Virus record (IMG/VR): IMGVR_UViG_3300017991_000003
Location: 129,019-193,018 of that record
Source of the DNA: a virus
DNA: 64,000 bases
Strand: one strand, 5' to 3'
Position 1 is the stretch's first letter, and each line of letters opens with the position of its first letter. A program made the position numbers and the translations under genes. Shown one piece after another: positions 25,561-34,035 of this stretch. The notes under the pieces are model-generated. The model saw nothing but the letters and a program-made list of their open reading frames with translations, was not told where the DNA came from and made no database searches.

Positions 25561-25712
25561 CCTTGATCAGCGTCGCAGTTGGTGCACAGCTTGACCGGAG
25601 CGGTCTTGCAGCCGTCGTCGACCGCAGCGTCCTCCTCTACGTGCCCGCAGTACAGGCACTTGAAGACGAGGACCTCGTAGTGGTCTTCCGTTCGGATGGT
25701 GTCGAGGTACAT
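25557..25712 (-). CDS. small zinc-ribbon-like protein (51 aa)
   Basis: Hand-translated, below the track's size cutoff: MYLDTIRTEDHYEVLVFKCLYCGHVEEDAAVDDGCKTAPVKLCTNCDADQG with CxxC...C...CxxC. Stop overlaps the ATG of the downstream gene (ATGA). GC3-rich. Confidence 0.4.
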   Translation of the reverse strand: MYLDTIRTEDHYEVLVFKCLYCGHVEEDAAVDDGCKTAPVKLCTNCDADQG

Positions 25713-25735
25713 GGGTGGTGTCAAGGGATGGGCGG

Positions 25736-25966
25736 TCAGAGGGAGTACCGACTCGGCCGGCCGCAGTGCTTGCAGTACATCTGGCTGTACAGCCGGAACT
25801 TGAGCATGACGAGCTCGCCTGAGTCACCGGGCCGCGGCATCTCCGCCCCGGAGGGTTGGATGCCTTCGTCGGCCTTACAAGTCCAACTGTGGTTGCCGAA
25901 CAGACAGCCAAGGGCGACTCCTAGGCGTTTGATGCGCGCCCAGAGCCTGGTGAGCCTAGCAGACAC
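25736..25966 (-). CDS. small Cys-containing hypothetical protein (76 aa)
   Basis: Track ORF with C...C...CxxC (YCKHCG); overlaps the upstream gene end by 11 nt; true start uncertain. Confidence 0.3.
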   Translation of the reverse strand: MSARLTRLWARIKRLGVALGCLFGNHSWTCKADEGIQPSGAEMPRPGDSGELVMLKFRLYSQMYCKHCGRPSRYSL

Positions 25967-26513
25967 GATCGACCTCCTTCATGTAGGGCTCCTTGTGAGT
26001 GTGCCGGCCGGTCATGGTCTGGCAGTCGATGAGGCGAGCAGGCCTGAGAGCCGATACACGCGGCCAGTACAGGTGGTTACCGACGAGGACGAGGTAGGAC
26101 ACGTGATTGCGTCCGTACCCGCCTCCGAGCTTGGCAGTGCTGTAGCGATCGAGGCCCAATCTCTTGAGCTTGTCGTTCAGCAGCCCGCCGTGAGAGCACT
26201 GACCACGTGTCGGACGCACGCCTGCCGGGACGATCGCAACGACCTGTCCGGTCTTCTGAGTGGTGTAACCACTTGAGGAACTCTTCCAGGTCACCCTGGA
26301 CCCGACGATGAAGTCAGACTGCAACTCCTCTGTGTGCTGCTTAGCCAGAAGGAGGAGCTTCTCGACACCGCGCGGAGCGTGCTTCTTGAGGAACTCATCG
26401 AGCTCTCGTAGGTGTATCGTCTCGGTCGCGCAACCAGTAGCTGCGATCGTGAGGCGGGGAGGCAAGATCACATCGTCTTGGATGTGAACTTGGTCAGTGA
26501 AGTGGTGCTCCAT
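25956..26513 (-). CDS. hypothetical protein (about 185 aa), paralog of 25057..25560
   Basis: Internal ATG (MEHHFTDQVHIQ...) of track ORF 25956..26888, with GGAGG about 11 nt upstream. The N-terminal 125 aa of the track ORF are Arg-rich read-through. Confidence 0.5.
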   Translation of the reverse strand: MEHHFTDQVHIQDDVILPPRLTIAATGCATETIHLRELDEFLKKHAPRGVEKLLLLAKQHTEELQSDFIVGSRVTWKSSSSGYTTQKTGQVVAIVPAGVRPTRGQCSHGGLLNDKLKRLGLDRYSTAKLGGGYGRNHVSYLVLVGNHLYWPRVSALRPARLIDCQTMTGRHTHKEPYMKEVDRVC

Positions 26514-27127
26514 CAGAAGCCTCCGAACAGGGAGTTGGCATTGTCGATCCGCAGCGCCGCGGCCACGGTTTCGAAGCCTCCGGAGAACTCGCTTAGGGCG
26601 CGAGCGATCAAGGCATCGGCATCGGCGGCAGTCATGGGGCTGTTGAGATCCCGACAGATAAACACGCCAAAGAAACCACCGCCATCCTCGAAACTGGAGA
26701 ACGTCAGCCGCGTGACGCCGCTGATGTTGTTGTAGGTGACCAAGGCGCGCTCCCGCTGGGACTCGGTCAGCAGCGGGTTGAGGGGGCGGGCGGCCATCAG
26801 GAGCAGTCGGGGCACCTCGTTCTCTACCTGAGGCTCGTCGATCGCGCCGCTGAGGAAGAAGAGGGTGCCTTCGACTCGTTCGGTCCACCCGAAGGCGGTG
26901 CTCTGGTCTTCTCCCTCGGTGATGGGGATGACGGCCTCGCGGTGCTTGAAGGCTTTCGAGATCTCGCGAGCGTTGGCCTTGGTCGTGAAGTCCTCGTTGT
27001 AGTAGTAGGTGTCCTTCTCAGCCGGCACGACTGCCAGCTGACCTTGGAGAGGCGACTTCTGGTCGGAGGACAGGCAGGTGATGAAGAGCGAGGCGACGAG
27101 CGTCAGTGCGAGGTTGGTGTATTTCAT
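26513..27127 (-). CDS. putative secreted lipoprotein (204 aa)
   Basis: N-terminus MKYTNLALTLVASLFITCLSSDQ is signal-peptide-like with a possible lipobox Cys. Confidence 0.5.
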   Translation of the reverse strand: MKYTNLALTLVASLFITCLSSDQKSPLQGQLAVVPAEKDTYYYNEDFTTKANAREISKAFKHREAVIPITEGEDQSTAFGWTERVEGTLFFLSGAIDEPQVENEVPRLLLMAARPLNPLLTESQRERALVTYNNISGVTRLTFSSFEDGGGFFGVFICRDLNSPMTAADADALIARALSEFSGGFETVAAALRIDNANSLFGGF

Positions 27128-27168
27128 GGTTGGGTAGTGTTGTTAGGCGTTGGGGTTTACTGTGTGGG

Positions 27169-27354
27169 TCACGGCCTCACCCCACGGATCTTGTAGTAGG
27201 CCAAGGCGCAGGCCCCGAGGGGCCATAGCGCGACGGCACTGAAGGTCGGGGTGCCCTTCATCCGGGCACGGTCACAGGTCTTGGCGAGGGCCAGGAGTTC
27301 GTGGGAGACGACGGCTCCAAGGGCGTAGAGGGTGGTGAGGGCGAGGTAGATCAC
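27169..27354 (-). CDS. small membrane protein (61 aa, two predicted TM helices), holin-like topology
   Basis: GTG start overlapping upstream stop (GTGA): VIYLALTTLYALGAVVSHELLALAKTCDRARMKGTPTFSAVALWPLGACALAYYKIRGVRP. The longer track ORF 27169..27600 has an implausible Arg/Pro-rich N-terminus. Confidence 0.35.
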   Translation of the reverse strand: MIYLALTTLYALGAVVSHELLALAKTCDRARMKGTPTFSAVALWPLGACALAYYKIRGVRP

Positions 27355-27743
27355 GGCTTGTCCTCCGGTGCGGGTGTAGGTGGGGCGGGGATGGGGAGGT
27401 AGCCGACGTACCAGGAGTCGTCCGCGTTGAAGTACTCTCCGTAGCGACAGGTAGATGTCCATTCGGTTCCGTCCCACCGGGCGACAACACAGGCCAGGGA
27501 GTCGCGCTCGCATAGCAAGACCTCGCGCCCGTCCCGAGGCGCACTCTCCATGTCCCGCCACTCGGTAGCCTCGGCAAGCTGGCGGCGGGCCTCGCGCCAC
27601 ATCTTCATCGCGGCCCTCCGGCGCTCTTGGTCGTGCTGGGCGTCGGCCTCCAGGTCGGCCACTAGGGCCAGGAGGGCACCGCGGCGCCCCGTGAACATGG
27701 TGGCCTTGGCCAGCAGCGCCCGCGCCTCGTCGAGCCTACTCAT
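27351..27743 (-). CDS. hypothetical protein (about 130 aa)
   Basis: Track ORF 27351..27788; start taken at MSRLDEARALL (alternative ATG at 27788); Trp-rich C-terminal half. Confidence 0.4.
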   Translation of the reverse strand: MSRLDEARALLAKATMFTGRRGALLALVADLEADAQHDQERRRAAMKMWREARRQLAEATEWRDMESAPRDGREVLLCERDSLACVVARWDGTEWTSTCRYGEYFNADDSWYVGYLPIPAPPTPAPEDKP

Positions 27744-28395
27744 CGCTTCCTCCCAGGCCAGCGGCCCGTGCGGCGGCGCGGGCTTCAAAGAGACTGTTGT
27801 AGTGGATGTGGGGTTCGTCGAGCCACCGCTCGACCTTGCCGAACAGCTCCTCCCCCGCCGCGACCTTGGCCCTCAGGGCGGCCCAGGCTTCACGCGGGTT
27901 GGCGTTGGGGCACAGGTCTTCGTGCATCACGGAGTCGCAGCCGTCCAAGCAGTCAGGCCCCTCGTTGATGATGGCGGTCAGCCGTTCGACCTCGGCGCGG
28001 GTTTCGGCAAGCTGCGCGGAGGCTTTGACCGCTTCGTCCCAGCCGCGCTCGGGCTCGGTGTGGGCGAGGGCGGCGTCGATGTCGTCGATCCTCCCGGTGT
28101 CGTCGTCGCAGAAGTCGCACTCGTAGAACTTGGCGAGGAGCCAGCGAACGTCCTCCTCTAGCACCCGGACGCGCTCGGCCAGGGCGTCGCGATCGCGCCA
28201 GAGCCCGGCCAGAGCCTCATTGGAGATCGGGGACTCGACGACCCGCTCGCGCTCGGTGGATTCGCGGGCGATAGCGTCTCGGAGGGCCCGGCGATCCGAC
28301 GCCATCTCGGGCGAGTCCTCGTCGTAGTTGATCGCGGTGCAGATCAGGTTGTCGATGCACTCCTCGACGCTCGGGGTGGAGTGATTAGTGGTCAT
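27736..28395 (-). CDS. hypothetical acidic Cys-containing coiled-coil protein (219 aa)
   Basis: Internal ATG (MTTNHSTPSVEECIDNLICTAIN...) with GGAG about 12 nt upstream; contains CDFC and CLDGC motifs; upstream part of the track ORF is Pro/Ser/Arg-rich read-through. Confidence 0.45.
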   Translation of the reverse strand: MTTNHSTPSVEECIDNLICTAINYDEDSPEMASDRRALRDAIARESTERERVVESPISNEALAGLWRDRDALAERVRVLEEDVRWLLAKFYECDFCDDDTGRIDDIDAALAHTEPERGWDEAVKASAQLAETRAEVERLTAIINEGPDCLDGCDSVMHEDLCPNANPREAWAALRAKVAAGEELFGKVERWLDEPHIHYNSLFEARAAARAAGLGGSDE

Positions 28396-29359
28396 TTTGA
28401 ATCTCCGGGGCGGTGTGGTCAGTACAGAAACGGCTACCCTCAATGGTGTCGGCGTTGCACCGGGGCTCCCCGATAGGGTGGACGGGACACTTGCCCGGGG
28501 CGGCGGGCTCGGTGCGGGCGGCCTCCTCGTCGAGGCGCTCCTCGTCGTCCACGAACTTGCACGACGGGCAGAACGGGCCGGGGTGGTTATGCCCGGCGGT
28601 GAACGGACCAACCGTGTCGTCGCAGGACACGCAAGTCAGGGGCCCATCCGGGGCGGCGGGGCGGTTATCCCACCATGCAGCACCTTTCGGGTTGCCGTGG
28701 CCGCACCCATCCTCCGAGGAGCCGCACTCCTCACAGAAGGTGTCGCCCGGCAGCGGCTGATCATGCAGGTCGCACGGCCCCGCCTCGAACGGTAGGCGTT
28801 TGAAGCGGGTGGCGTTCACCGCCTCGATGGCTCGCTCGGACCACGGGTTGACCTCGGGCTCGGTGCGGGCCAGGGCGGTGTCGAGGCGTTCCCAGAAGTC
28901 CCCAGGCGCGGGGCGGGAAAAGTAGCTCATCTTGGGCGACCGGGAGTGCTGTTTCATCTCGGCACCAAGCGCCTCCAGCGCCCGGATCCGCTCGGCCAGG
29001 GCGTTGCGCTCGGCTTCGAGTTCCCGCTCGCGCTCGGCGGACTCGACGCGGAGTTTGACGTACCCAGCGCCCACCTCTTCGAGCTTGCGTTGGAGGTCGG
29101 CCTCGCGTTCGGCGGACTCCTCGACCTGTACGGCCATGACCTTCACGCAGTCGTTCACGTTGTCGTGCGGGCAGTCGCCGGTCGCGCAGCCGTGCCATTG
29201 GGGCTCGCGCTCGGCGGGCTCGCGGCCAGCACGGATCAGGCGGGCGGCATTGTGGTAGTTAGCCTGGTCCTCCGTGTTGCCTTGTAGGCGCGACTCCTCC
29301 TCTCGGAGCGCCAGGAACTCCAGCGTCCACTCGAGGCTCGGGGTGGGGTGGTTACTCAT
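28385..29359 (-). CDS. hypothetical coiled-coil protein with Cys-rich C-terminal domain (324 aa)
   Basis: Internal ATG (MSNHPTPSLEWTLEFL...) with GGAG upstream; central Glu/Arg/Ala-rich heptad-like region; C-terminal CxxC clusters (FCEECGSSEDGCGHG, CVSCDD, FCPSCK). Confidence 0.45.
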   Translation of the reverse strand: MSNHPTPSLEWTLEFLALREEESRLQGNTEDQANYHNAARLIRAGREPAEREPQWHGCATGDCPHDNVNDCVKVMAVQVEESAEREADLQRKLEEVGAGYVKLRVESAERERELEAERNALAERIRALEALGAEMKQHSRSPKMSYFSRPAPGDFWERLDTALARTEPEVNPWSERAIEAVNATRFKRLPFEAGPCDLHDQPLPGDTFCEECGSSEDGCGHGNPKGAAWWDNRPAAPDGPLTCVSCDDTVGPFTAGHNHPGPFCPSCKFVDDEERLDEEAARTEPAAPGKCPVHPIGEPRCNADTIEGSRFCTDHTAPEIQNDH

Positions 29360-29516
29360 CGGTCTGCTCCGGTGTGTAGGGGTTGTCGGTCGGGTCCTGG
29401 CCGAAGGCGTGGTTCCACCCCAAAGCGTACGCCTCGGCCTTCGCGGCCTGGATCGCGGCGTAGAGGGCGGACTCGGCGGCGTCGCGGTCCCGCATCCTCC
29501 AAGGGCGTGGGTCCAT
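29352..29516 (-). CDS. possible small protein (54 aa)
   Basis: Internal ATG (MDPRPWRMRDRDAAESALYAAIQAAKAEAYALGWNHAF...) of track ORF 29352..29894; fills the gap between flanking genes; weak. Confidence 0.25.
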   Translation of the reverse strand: MDPRPWRMRDRDAAESALYAAIQAAKAEAYALGWNHAFGQDPTDNPYTPEQTDE

Positions 29517-29574
29517 GCAATACTGCGACTGCGCCGAGATGGCCTGGCGGACCTCCTTCTCGCACGGTCGGGGG

Positions 29575-29898
29575 CTATCCACGGGCGGCCTCCTGCGCGG
29601 CCCGACGGACCGCATCCAGCTCCTTCTTCCTGGTTGCCGCCCAGTCCTTCGCTTTGAAGTAGGCGGACTCGGCCACGCGCAGCGCCCGGTCCCACGCCTC
29701 GGCCTCCGTCGGACACCAATCCTCGATCGAGACCGTGGTGAGGTGCTCGGTGGCGCGGCACCGCTCCACGCGGATCTGCTTCGCGGTCCGCTTGAGGACG
29801 GGGACGACGAAGCACTTGGGTGTCGGGTCGTTGTAGCTCGCGGACCGCACAACGTAGTGGAACTCTTCGTCTTGGTTCGGGGTCGGTTGGTCACTCAT
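29575..29898 (-). CDS. hypothetical protein (107 aa)
   Basis: Internal ATG (MSDQPTPNQDEEFHYVV...) with AGGAGG 8-13 nt upstream; the 5' end (ATGAGTGACCAACCGACCCCGA) is nearly identical to that of gene 28385..29359. Confidence 0.45.
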   Translation of the reverse strand: MSDQPTPNQDEEFHYVVRSASYNDPTPKCFVVPVLKRTAKQIRVERCRATEHLTTVSIEDWCPTEAEAWDRALRVAESAYFKAKDWAATRKKELDAVRRAAQEAARG

Positions 29899-29935
29899 CG
29901 GTCTTGTCCTCCTTGGGGTCGAGCCAGGGGGCGGC

Positions 29936-30133
29936 TCATTGGAAATCCTCATGCCCCGAGTCGCGGAGCCTCTTGATTTCGCCCTGTGCCCAGTCCAGGC
30001 ACTCACGAGAGTGGGCAATCAGCGCTTCAGCCTTGTGAATCGACTCCCTGTGCTTCTTGACCCATGCTGTGAGGCTGTCACGTATGGATTCGTCGCGCGG
30101 GCGAAGCCCATGGAATCTGTAGAAGGCGATCAT
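29936..30133 (-). CDS. hypothetical protein (65 aa)
   Basis: Complete ORF; 4-nt overlap with upstream gene. Confidence 0.4.
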   Translation of the reverse strand: MIAFYRFHGLRPRDESIRDSLTAWVKKHRESIHKAEALIAHSRECLDWAQGEIKRLRDSGHEDFQ

Positions 30134-30375
30134 CGCGGGCCCTCCTGCTCCAGGTGGGCGTCGATCAGGTCCAGCATTTCCAGGGCATCCTGGAGGGCTT
30201 CCTCCTTAGAGTAGCGCCACTCCCTCTCCCCGCTGTAGGAGAGGAAACCCTGCCAGAACCCGCCGGCCATGCGGTCGAGGCGGTCTCGGCGGACTTCTTT
30301 CGGAGATTGAGGGGCCGGCAGGACCCCCTCGGCGACGAGGTTCCTCACGACAAACTCAATGTCATTGCTATTCAT
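30130..30375 (-). CDS. hypothetical protein (81 aa)
   Basis: Complete ORF; coupled by overlaps on both sides. Confidence 0.4.
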   Translation of the reverse strand: MNSNDIEFVVRNLVAEGVLPAPQSPKEVRRDRLDRMAGGFWQGFLSYSGEREWRYSKEEALQDALEMLDLIDAHLEQEGPR

Positions 30376-30739
30376 CGCTTCCCCCCTGCTCCCCGAGGAG
30401 CGCGGCGAGGCGAGTTGAAACGGTAGCGGTGTGGTTCGTCTTCATTGGATACCCCACGTGGTGCAGGAAGGGTTGCAGCTGGAACAACACCTCCCGGGCC
30501 TCAAGGGCGTAGGCCAGGAGGGCGGGGGCGGCGGCAAGAAGTGCGACGAAAGCGTCCAACTCTTTACGAGGCACATCATGAGGCGCACTACACGACGCCA
30601 TGAACTTGTTCTCCTTCGTGGGCTTGTCTAGCCGCACGGAGTCGCGAAGCGTGTAGATCAGGCGGTCTTCGACAAGGAGTTCGGGTATGTGTCCGGCCAG
30701 TGCGTCCAGGTCGAGCTCGTTGTAGTGGGTGGGGTTCAT
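30368..30739 (-). CDS. hypothetical protein (about 123 aa)
   Basis: Internal ATG (MNPTHYNELDLDALAGH...) of track ORF 30368..30808; the longer form would overlap the upstream regulatory region. Confidence 0.45.
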   Translation of the reverse strand: MNPTHYNELDLDALAGHIPELLVEDRLIYTLRDSVRLDKPTKENKFMASCSAPHDVPRKELDAFVALLAAAPALLAYALEAREVLFQLQPFLHHVGYPMKTNHTATVSTRLAALLGEQGGSDE

Positions 30740-30801
30740 TGTTCGGTCCGTGGTAAGAGAAACAGGCGTCAGTGGACTTATGCCACGGACGCCTGCTCTA
30801 T

Positions 30802-30824
30802 CTGGCACTGGTACCTAGTGTCAG
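30802..30824 (-). repeat. inverted-repeat element copy F (CTGACACTAG-gta-CCAGTGCCA in minus orientation)
   Basis: Plus strand ctggcactggtacctagtgtcag; the TGA stop codon of the HTH gene 30821..31021 is the TGA inside the element. Confidence 0.45.
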
Positions 30825-31021
30825 CCTTCGTACAGCTTCTGGACCGATGTCCCCAGCGCCTTGGCGATCTTGCTCATGGTCGGCCACTTAGGGATGAAGC
30901 GGCTGTGCTCGGCAGCGTTGATGTACTGACGCTCTTTACCTACACGTCGACCCAGCTCAGCTTGGCTCATATTTTTAGCCTCGCGTAGCTGGGCGATTCG
31001 ATCTCCGGGGGAGTCACTCAT
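30821..31021 (-). CDS. helix-turn-helix transcriptional regulator (XRE/Cro-CI family)
   Basis: MSQAELGRRVGKERQYINAAEHSRFIPKWPTMSKIAKALG is a typical HTH_3 motif; 66 aa. Confidence 0.6.
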   Translation of the reverse strand: MSDSPGDRIAQLREAKNMSQAELGRRVGKERQYINAAEHSRFIPKWPTMSKIAKALGTSVQKLYEG

Positions 31022-31025
31022 GGGG

Positions 31026-31883
31026 CTACAGCAGGCTCGAGAACTTCAGTTGATCACCCGCGATGCTGACCGTGGGCTCAACGCCTGTGATCTCTGCGTA
31101 GGCAGAGACCATTCCAGCTAGCTCCATCACAGGTAGTACGTCCTTGTCGTTGTGGACCCAGGCCTGAAGACATAGGCGCCGGGTCCGGTTTTCTCCATGA
31201 ACACCCGCGACCGTGGTCTGAAGGACGATCGACGGGCTTAGGAGGCCTAGATCGGCCAGCTGTCCCAGAATATTGCGAAGGACTCCTGCGAGGTCCTTCT
31301 CCTCCGTGTTGGCAGGTTCCGCAGTATCGGGATCTTCCGCCTCGGTGTCCCACGAGCTGAGAGCGTCAAGCGTGTCCTCAGCGGCCAGAGGCTCGTCATC
31401 CTCGTCATCAGCCGGACCCAGGTCTGGGACAGGCCGGCGATCGCCAAGCTCGTTGAGCCACAACCACGTTGTGGCGTAGGCAATAAGGACCCCCGTGTGG
31501 AACGGATGCTCCTCGAGCCTGCCGATCGTGTCTGCGATGCCGGGGAAGGCCTCGATCATTGCCTGAGCCAGCGGAGTCGAGGTCTCGGAGTGGCTTAGCT
31601 GATCATCGGCCTCGGCTTGATCACTGAGGGTAGGGCCTTCGACGCCGAGGCTACCGAAGGGGTTATCTCCAAACTCGGCCTCGAGGGCGCCGTGAATGTG
31701 TTGGAAGCCGGCAAGCCGTCCGCGGGTCTCATCATCACCGTCAGGACCGAAGCCCTTGGCAATCTGCCCGAGCAGAGGGAAGTCCTGACTGGTGAGCGAG
31801 ATATCGAGAGAATCGAGCTCGTGCTCGGGATTACGCGGCGGGTCCGCCAGGGCGATGGCGTTGATGAGTGGTTGGATGTCCAT
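31026..31883 (-). CDS. hypothetical acidic protein (285 aa)
   Basis: Complete ORF; strongly Asp/Glu-rich (DDEDDEPLAAEDTLDALSSWDTEAEDPDTAEP); first gene of the leftward module, divergent from the structural module. Confidence 0.5.
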   Translation of the reverse strand: MDIQPLINAIALADPPRNPEHELDSLDISLTSQDFPLLGQIAKGFGPDGDDETRGRLAGFQHIHGALEAEFGDNPFGSLGVEGPTLSDQAEADDQLSHSETSTPLAQAMIEAFPGIADTIGRLEEHPFHTGVLIAYATTWLWLNELGDRRPVPDLGPADDEDDEPLAAEDTLDALSSWDTEAEDPDTAEPANTEEKDLAGVLRNILGQLADLGLLSPSIVLQTTVAGVHGENRTRRLCLQAWVHNDKDVLPVMELAGMVSAYAEITGVEPTVSIAGDQLKFSSLL

Positions 31884-31941
31884 GGGCTGGTCTTAGGAGG
31901 AAGGCCTGGCTCGCAGTGCAAGATAGACACCGCTACGAGGC

Positions 31942-34029
31942 TTGTCAACATTCCTATACGACCTTCTAGGCATGGTTCCTGGCCGACTCGGTGTCTATAA
32001 TCCGTTGAGCCTGCGCACCTTAGACCCGGAGCACGCAAACAAGATGGCGGCCGAAACTCCGAATAGGTTCAGTGTCCCAGTTGAGACGCTGATCCTTCAA
32101 CTGCTCGAGGAGCAGCACCCTCAACTACATGTCGCCCCCGGGTCGGCTACCTATGACACCCTCGTCACCCCGATGGCGTTGGTGCTTCAGCCGTTCCGCG
32201 ACTACCTGCGCGTGATTCAGAGGAACCAGAGCCTCAAGAACGCGCAGACCATGCTGCCCGAGGAGCTGGACCGCCTGGCCAGTAACTTCCTGGTCGACCG
32301 TCGCCAAGGTACCAAGGCACTCGGGGTTCAGCGGGTGCTTTTCCCCACGCTCCAGCAGGTGTCCGTGCCGGCTTCCGCGCGCTTCACGGACGACAACGGC
32401 AACAGGTACCAGCCGGTGACCTCGGTTCAGGTGAGCACCACCACCTTGGCTAATAACGTGGTGGCTGCTACCGGGGAGTACTACGTGGATGTCCCGGTCA
32501 TCGCTGAGCAGCCTGGGGAGGGCAGCGCCGCCCTCGCCGGGGCTGTGACCCAGTTCAGCGGTATTCCCGGAGCGGCACGTACGTTCAACGCGTCTGACTA
32601 CTTCCAGGGCTCGGCTGGCGAGAGCAACAGCCAGCTCGTGGCCCGCATCAAGAGCAGTGTGGCTAACCGAGAGCTGGTCAAGGCCGCCTCGATCGAAGCC
32701 CTCCTGCTTGAGACTTTCCCCAGCATCAGGGACCTGGCTGTCCGGGGCTATGGGGATAGTCTGATGACCCGCGATACGGTGGATGTGGTCCTGGCCAGCC
32801 ACAAGCTGTTCGAGCAGAGCTTTGCCCAGAAGGTGAACCTACCTCTGGACTCTGAGGGCGAGGTTCAGTGGATCACGGACGCTGGAGAGGAGATCACGGC
32901 CCCCATCGGCGGGTTCGTGGGCGCTGTCTACGACCTGACGGGTAAGGACTTCAACGCCCTCAACGTCACCTTGGACGGCCAGATCTACGAGGTCGTGAGT
33001 GCCCAGCCGGGCAACAAGCTCCGCTTCCTGAACTCGGACGACCCCGACGCGGTCAACAACGATTACCGCATCACCCGCGTCGAGGAGGTGCCTGTGGCCC
33101 CCGGCGGGGACGCTGTGAAGGTCTTGCGGCTCGATCGAGCGCTCTCTGATACCGCTGAGGTCGACGTCTCCACCAATCTCGACAGCGTGCCGTATACCGT
33201 GATCGGCCGGTTCAATACCAGCCGCTTCCATGTGGGCGGTAAGGTGGATGTCTACGTGGACTCCACAGCTGATATCGAGCAGACGGTCACGGTCAGCAAC
33301 CTACCCGCGGTCAACGACCAGACCCTGGATGTGGGCGAGATCCCGCTGACTCAGAGCTTCATCAACGACAACGGCGCCAACCTTTTCGAAGGTAACACAG
33401 GCTTTACAGCTCCGGTAATCGCTGTGACCAAGGTCGAGCAGCTGGATCCCACCAACAGCAGCGTAGTGATTCGGGAGCTCACCCCTGACGTCCACTACGT
33501 CCAGGTCACCGCAGCGAGCCGCGGCCGCTTCACGCAGGCCACCAACGACGTACTGGTCATCCGAGGTACCGAGGTTGACCCAGTCACCGGCGAGGAGGTC
33601 CCTCTCTTCGTGGGGCAGCGGCTCAAGGTCACCTACATCACCAACCCGGACATTCCTTTGATTCAGGACTTCGTAGATGCCTCGGATCAGAGGGACTTGA
33701 CCAAGGACATTCAGATCCTCACGCCGACCGTGGTGCTCTTGAATCTGGATCTTGAGTACGCAGGTACCTTGCCTGTGGGTGATGTTCAGACGATCATCAG
33801 GGAGTACATCGAATCCAAGGGCCTCGGCGCCTCGGTCTCGGTGAACGAGATCGTCACGGTCCTCTCTTACTTCGGGGTTACGGACGTCACCATGCCGGTA
33901 CGCCTACGCAGCCGACAGGCCACAGGAAGCGGCTCCTTCACTTTCAACGAGAGCGAGGATCGCCTCTCCGTCGACAGCAACTCGGTGTTCGTGCCTGACT
34001 CGGGCCTGAACATCACCAAGGTCGGGTAA
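31942..34029 (+). CDS. structural protein (695 aa), possibly baseplate or tail component
   Basis: Complete ORF at the head of the long rightward structural operon; beta-rich composition; no specific motif verified. Confidence 0.5.
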   Translation: MSTFLYDLLGMVPGRLGVYNPLSLRTLDPEHANKMAAETPNRFSVPVETLILQLLEEQHPQLHVAPGSATYDTLVTPMALVLQPFRDYLRVIQRNQSLKNAQTMLPEELDRLASNFLVDRRQGTKALGVQRVLFPTLQQVSVPASARFTDDNGNRYQPVTSVQVSTTTLANNVVAATGEYYVDVPVIAEQPGEGSAALAGAVTQFSGIPGAARTFNASDYFQGSAGESNSQLVARIKSSVANRELVKAASIEALLLETFPSIRDLAVRGYGDSLMTRDTVDVVLASHKLFEQSFAQKVNLPLDSEGEVQWITDAGEEITAPIGGFVGAVYDLTGKDFNALNVTLDGQIYEVVSAQPGNKLRFLNSDDPDAVNNDYRITRVEEVPVAPGGDAVKVLRLDRALSDTAEVDVSTNLDSVPYTVIGRFNTSRFHVGGKVDVYVDSTADIEQTVTVSNLPAVNDQTLDVGEIPLTQSFINDNGANLFEGNTGFTAPVIAVTKVEQLDPTNSSVVIRELTPDVHYVQVTAASRGRFTQATNDVLVIRGTEVDPVTGEEVPLFVGQRLKVTYITNPDIPLIQDFVDASDQRDLTKDIQILTPTVVLLNLDLEYAGTLPVGDVQTIIREYIESKGLGASVSVNEIVTVLSYFGVTDVTMPVRLRSRQATGSGSFTFNESEDRLSVDSNSVFVPDSGLNITKVG

Positions 34030-34035
34030 CCCTAC

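Noticed and set aside
3371-30784. Recurrent GACTyATGmC motif (3371, 7757, 13229, 14897, 20562, 21126, 30773) as a promoter or start-site signal
   Set aside because: Exact matches are 12 nt or less, and roughly a hundred chance 12-mer coincidences are expected in 64 kb; position relative to start codons is inconsistent, and two copies are explained by the tandem paralogs. Kept only as a weak note.
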